Shown piece after piece: positions 58,401-64,000 of a stretch of DNA of 64,000 nucleotides. Source of the DNA: Fistulifera solaris (taxonomy: Eukaryota); NCBI GenBank assembly GCA_030295235.1, contig AP026134.1:186001-250000 (forward strand). Reading direction: 5' to 3'. A program made the position numbers and the translations under genes. Positions within the stretch are counted from its first letter, which is position 1; each line of letters starts with the position of its first letter. The notes under the pieces are model-generated. The model was given only the letters and a program-made list of their open reading frames with translations. It ran no database searches and had not been told where the DNA came from.

Positions 58401-61214
58401 AAGCATAATTGTGGAAAATGCTAACACAAAAACAGCATCTGCACTTTTAAAGAAAGACGTTTCTCCTTGTTGCCTGTACAGCTCCTTAGAGAACGACTCC
58501 ATGATTCGGTCGATACATTGTGCTTCACCTGGCAATCGAAACTTGGACAAGAATTTGCGCAGCGCTGCGTCAAATGTCATATCTGAAAAGTCATACCTTC
58601 CGACAAACGCATGCCGAACGGCGGCGTTAAACGGATACGCATCATCAGGTCCCTTGCTCAGATAAATGCCTACTTTGGCTTTGTCTAGCATTGATGCTGT
58701 GAACAAAATATCAGCGACACCCTCGACTGATTCTTTGGACCCTAAGACACCCTCTTTGACCGCAAGATCTAGCCACTCCGAGCTGGAAGATGAAGAATTA
58801 AAGACACGAGCAATTTTAACCAGTGCATGCTTTCGGCGCTTTCTTTCGTGTAACTCCTCGGTTGTTATTTGGCTAGCGTCATTGGGATCCCACGAGCGCG
58901 ATGATTCCGCCTCTGAAATACCGCTATCTGCTCTTGATGACTCTTTGAATGCAGCTGCTTTTCCTGTACATCGTTTAGCAATCGATTCAAGAACGGACAA
59001 CAATCCCTCCATAGAGAGACGGTGGAGGTGGGTGACGGGCGAGACCTGGTTACTAACTGCGGGGTCCCGGATGCTAGCGATGACCGACTCAGTAGCACTT
59101 GGCTTTTTCGAAATCTTGCGGCTCGCCATACCTTCGTCGGAGGGAATCGGAGCGCTGTGCTTTGAAGCCATGTCAACATCCTCGTTCTCCGTGTAGTCAG
59201 CGTTGCTTTCATCCGAAAAAATACCTTCTTCCTCCCATCCAACTGGCGTTGCCGCCTTTCCTAACGCGGTAACGATAGCTTCGTATAAATTACTACAAGC
59301 CACATCGCAATCGTAGTTCAAATAGATATCCTGCACCATATCTGGTTCTTGGCAGAACTCCACCAGCGACTCGAGGGCGACTTCTCGTTCTTCCGGCGAG
59401 TGCCGTACACATGCATCATCATTAATGATTCGCATATGAATCGACGTCAAGAAAACTTCTAAAGGTACTTTGAGCTCATTTCGGATGGACTGAAATAAAT
59501 TGAAAATCACACGCAAAGTCAAAGAGAGCAGGGATAAATCATGACTCGAATGACTCCATTGCAACAAGTATCGACAAACGTCATTCTGCAAGATTTGAAC
59601 TTCTTCACGGGTCAAAGGTTCACGACACGCTTCAAGAGCAATGTTTACCAACGTCAACCCATTGGTCACGACCGAATGATTGACTTGCTTCAGCTTGGAG
59701 TCAGCACCCTTGAACTTCTTTCCAGGATTCGAAGTGGCATCTCCATCGGAGGTTACTTCGGTATGTTTGGGATTCAACAATGTAACGAGTTTTTCCAGTA
59801 TTTCTTTACGCGCTTGCATCACGGGTTCATACCCGGGGGCGGCAAAGACTTGGAGTACAATTTGCGAAAGAGCGGAAAACGCTGCGCTCTTCAAGAGCGG
59901 AGTGGCCTTTTCCGCTCGGTGACTCACGTGCAAACACGTGTCCATGAGTCGAGAAATGGTACGAGCTTGGACCAAGTGGACGGCATCGTCCTGCATGGAC
60001 GTTCGTACAACGAGAGCGGCTACGTCCAAAAGTTTCAAGACAGTCTGCTCATCGTCAAATAATAAATCATCCTTGGCACCAGACTTGCGACGACGAAGAT
60101 GCGCGAGGCTGCGATTCTAACGGGCCGCAAATGACTACCACCCGAATCGGAGTTGTCGGCATCGCCTTGATTCGACATAACACCGGTGACTGTTTCTTCG
60201 AATGTGCAACTCAAGAGGGCTTCGGCTATGCGCATAACCGCACCCAAAGGTTCTTTGTTATCTTGATACGAAATCGAAGACGACGACGGAGACACAAAAC
60301 CATACAACACAAATTTGTGCAGCGACCCGAGTGCTTTCCCTGTAACGATCGCGGAAATTTCCGGCAACTCAATACATTGACAAAAGGGTTCCAAGTAGTT
60401 AACATCAATGACCAGATCCGGTTGCATCGCCACGAGCTCTGCCGCCGCTGTCACCTGCGTATGCAGATCTTGTAGTGCTTGTACTACCGGGTGCGAGGTA
60501 GAATTGAGGTCTTCATCGTCATCGACGATTTCTTGCGTGAATCGCGATCGACTGACGTACCGCTGATCCCGAAGAACTGTCAGTACATTGTGAATCTCAC
60601 CCTTGATGACCTTGATAGCCGCACGAGAAGGGATGCGATGCTGAGACGTCTGGAGGGGAGATACGTGCCACTGGACGCGTTACTTCCTTCTCCGCGCACG
60701 GATTAGCTGTCTCTACTGGCTCCGCGTCTTTTTTATGCTCCAGTTCTTCGTTCCGATCCTCAAATTGCTCTGTAGGCTCTCGATCGTCGATACTATCTGG
60801 CACTGCAACCTCGGAAGCATCGATCGGAAAAGTGGTCTCTTCCTTGCAGGGGCTAGCCTCTTTATCCGTTTCAACCACATCTTGAGATGATTCCGCATTC
60901 TCATCGGTAAGTGGATTATCCTTGTTTGAGCCGTCGGTGTGCGTACCATTGCTTCGGTCCTCGACGAGATTTTCATCATCAACAGCGACATCGTCTGAAT
61001 TTAATTCTCCTTCACGTTTGTTGATCAGGTCATCAGCTTCTTCTGCCGGTACCGAAACTCTGATATCCTCGGGCGCGTCCGAAACGGCTGTTTCATTTTC
61101 ATCTGGATTGCTGCTGTATTCACCATCCGATGTATCGACTGTATCCATAGTACTCGCGCTCGTTCGTTTCGTTTCAATGCTAAACAATCCCGAGACAATG
61201 GTGCTGGTGTCCAT
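55456..61214 (-). CDS. GBF1: GBF1/GNOM-type Sec7 ARF guanine-nucleotide exchange factor (intron near 56920-56995; indels near 60600, 60100 and 56258)
   Basis: DCB region YLEPF...TGKAL.SL.KF, HUS box YLNYDCD, Sec7 motifs FRLPGEAQCIDRI and IMLNTDLHN, and a Pro/Gly/Arg-rich tail. Confidence 0.9.
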
Positions 61215-61703
61215 GCCCAACAAACGATACTATTGCCACGTCGCTGTCCGAATCAAGAAGAAGATCAAGTCAATTGTATATTCGAGTTAGAAAGTCACTT
61301 TTTGTTTTCTATTTTAATTCGCAACAACAAAGCCGGGTAACAGAACGGCTTTCCTCTCATGTGGTCTTTTTTCTCCACCATTTTGGGGTTTTTGTTGTTT
61401 CGCCCCCCATCCCCCATCGCAAATGTCTCTTCCAAATGTATGGAGAAAGAAGCCGCAGACAGTTGGAACTGAAGTACATTATAGACTATACTGGCTCCAA
61501 AAAGGGCTTCTTTTATAACCACTAAAAGTACAATCAATGACCCTTTCAGAAAGTGATTTGGCGAAAGGTCATTTCGCGGGGTTTTGGGTCATTATTTGTA
61601 GAGTTTATGCGTTCGTCACAAAATTCCAGTCACGAGCTCGTCACCCGAACTGGGAGTTATAAGATAGATAGTTCGTTTCGACTCTTTGTCCTCTACCATG
61701 ATG

Positions 61704-62665
61704 TCATATCCGAATGCCCTGATGTTGCACATCCACCAAAAAAAAGACCGTGCGGTGGAGCCATGCCAGGAGCCAACGCGCGATTGCGGGCCGCCATCAA
61801 GGAAGGAATGTCGTGTGGGCGCAAACGTCCCTTCCCCACTTGGACCAAACAGCCGGTCAGATTGCGGACCTGTCGGTATACGAACGAATTTCCTTCAAAT
61901 TGAATGGTGATGAGTTGACAACGGGAACTCTTGTCAATGGTTGTACCCCATAGCAATGGTTCGAAATCATTCAAATCCCTAGCATTCACCCGCACTGCAG
62001 ATAAATTCACTATAGGAGATATTCGTTGACACCCTTTGCCCCGAAAGGACGAAAAGTCATGTTCTCCTACCAGCATATCGGCAGCTTGTTGCATGGCTTC
62101 AATGTTGAGAGGATTCTGGGAATGAATTCTCCAAGCCCGATCCCATTCAAAAGGTACCATCCAATCCAAATCACCGTCATGCGAATGAATGATGCGATAA
62201 ACATACGTCCGTTGGGTGGCACTGAAACGAGCATTCCAATCCACCAGCAAAGGTTGTGTCGGATCTTGTTGTGCCCATGGATTGGGCATTTGTTGCGGGG
62301 CTTCCATGACACGGAGAATCCGTACATCACGATCGATGCGTTCTCGGAGGAGTCGTCGTTTCCCTTCCTCTCTTTCATGTAGTCGTTGCAAATAAAAATT
62401 TAAGCCCCTATGAATTTGTTCACACGTCCATTTTTGATGTCGAAGATCGACATGAAACGTATTTTGAGGGCATGCACGCCCCGATCGGTGCGACTACTGA
62501 CTTGGAGGTTTTCCCAGGTAGTACCCGCCAAGGATTGCAACGCTTGACGTACACAGCCTTCGACGGTGCGATGCTGCTCTCCTTGATACGAGAATCCCAA
62601 AAGGAGGATCCATGGTATTGGAGACTCAAAAGGTAACGCTGAAACCCTCCCCGCACGGCTGCCAT
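61704..62665 (-). CDS. tRNA pseudouridine synthase, TruA family (several indels; possible upstream exon)
   Basis: LQYHGS, SSRTDRGVHA, ARFSA..RTY.Y, GEHDFSSF, SFVYRQVR and APPHGL. Confidence 0.88.
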
Positions 62666-63040
62666 GGTCGTTTGGGATCTGAAAAAAAATGAAGGAACAA
62701 AAACAACTAATCTCATCGTCGTTCGTCGTGTGGACCGTGTGGACGGACAGAGCTAGCGAGACGATGGACAGACACACTATTATTATTATTATTTGAAGTT
62801 TTGGGTTTTGGGGGTACCAGTAAGGTTTACGGGGTATTTCCTTCCAACGACGACTCGAACCTAAATCCAGTCCCTACCTGGAAATGACTAGAGGTCCGTC
62901 CTTCACACGCACAACAATAGATGAACGAGAAACGGTTGCGACACAAAACAGCACCAAAGCGATCATTTGTTGGCATTCAATCCGTCATAATTCACCAGAA
63001 CAAAGGCATTCGTTCATTCGTTCAACTATTTCTCGAAAGA

Positions 63041-63804
63041 ATGATACATGTCGTTAACGATTGGTTGGGAACATTCGTTTTCTGGTCGGTAATTCTCGTG
63101 GTTTGTTACATTGTCCTAGCTTTGCTCATACACATTCCCAGTCTTCTTCGTCCTACTATCATTCATTATCCGTGGCCTTTGCTGAAAGAAAAAGAAGATG
63201 TTAAGGTCGCATTGGCGGGTTCCTACAATCCACCGCATCGGGGACATTTGGCGATGCTTCTGTATCTTTCGAAACGATACACTCACGTCCTGGCCATCCT
63301 GGGAGTCAATCCTGTCAAACAGTATCAGGTTTCTCCCGAAACACGGGCGGCCTTGTTACGAAAAATGTTGCAGGAGGCGGGCGTGACGAATGTACAAGTA
63401 CAAGGTACGTTACGACCGTATGTGTGCGGAACAAAGCCGGAATGGAGGACTCAACCGACGTGTGTATCCTTCCAGTGGTACAAGGATACATATGGCGAAG
63501 TGCCAAACGACAAGGCGTCCGTCTCTTCTTTCGCGGCATTCGTAGTTGGTCACAGGATGGTCGGGAGGAACGACACTTACAGTTTTTGAATATTTGGGGA
63601 CCCTTGTTGTACGGACCTTTGGTTTGGCCCATTCCGACCCGTTATTTGGAAGGGAAACCGGAATACAATCACGTGAGTTCGACGTTGGTTCGTGACATTT
63701 TGGGGCGGAATGATGATTCGCAAAAGCCAGCGTTGCAACAGTTGGTACCCGACTGTGTAGTTCATGACATTACGCGCTTGTATGGTTCTATCAAAGAATC
63801 TTAG
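63041..63804 (+). CDS. Phosphopantetheine adenylyltransferase-like (CoaD-type HxGH nucleotidyltransferase) with N-terminal TM; intron 63405-63475
   Basis: AGSYNPPHRGH, NPVK, FFRGIR and HVSSTLVR. Confidence 0.72.
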
Positions 63805-64000
63805 ACAGCAACAACCACACACAACAAAAACGGCGATTCATGCGAGGGAGAGACTTGTGTTGGCATGAAAAAGATGACGATCATCCAGCGCTTTCCGTTA
63901 CTCTTGATGCACTTTGCCTCTACTATTGCGATTTTACTATGCAACAAAGGATGGAGTGTATGATTGTATTCTTTGACTAACAGATGGAGATCTTGATCCA

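Noticed and set aside
7291..62665. Cluster of pseudogenes
   Set aside because: The breaks are mostly single-base changes in homopolymers, without accumulated nonsense codons, in genes that are probably essential.
1..64000. tRNA or rRNA genes, or a functional operon-like cluster
   Set aside because: No cloverleaf or rRNA-like sequence was recognised by eye, and neighbouring genes have unrelated functions and mixed orientation.

Overview
Gene-dense eukaryotic genomic DNA with short GT-AG introns. The gene content (DGD-type galactolipid synthase, organellar GlyRS, chitin-binding secreted protein, CoDi-like copia) points to a pennate diatom; this is an inference. There are about 30 protein-coding loci. 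Many are split across ORFs by 1-bp indels in homopolymer runs, most likely long-read assembly errors rather than pseudogenisation. Two mobile elements are supported directly by sequence: a 331-bp MITE (1120-1450; 17-bp TIRs, 8-bp TSD) and a complete Ty1/copia LTR retrotransposon (21132-26478, minus strand; 260-bp near-identical LTRs, 5-bp TSD). The most notable observation is that this copia element has no tRNA-type primer-binding site. The 14 nt next to its 5' LTR are the exact reverse complement of a 14-nt segment inside the LTR, in the polarity needed for Tf1-style self-primed reverse transcription. Other highlights are a TPX2-like/SxIP/transmembrane protein, a tandem lipase duplication carrying a relic of the neighbouring ARF-GEF 3' end, a tandem pair of orphan Ser/Asp/Arg-rich genes, and a spliced microprotein missed by the ORF track.
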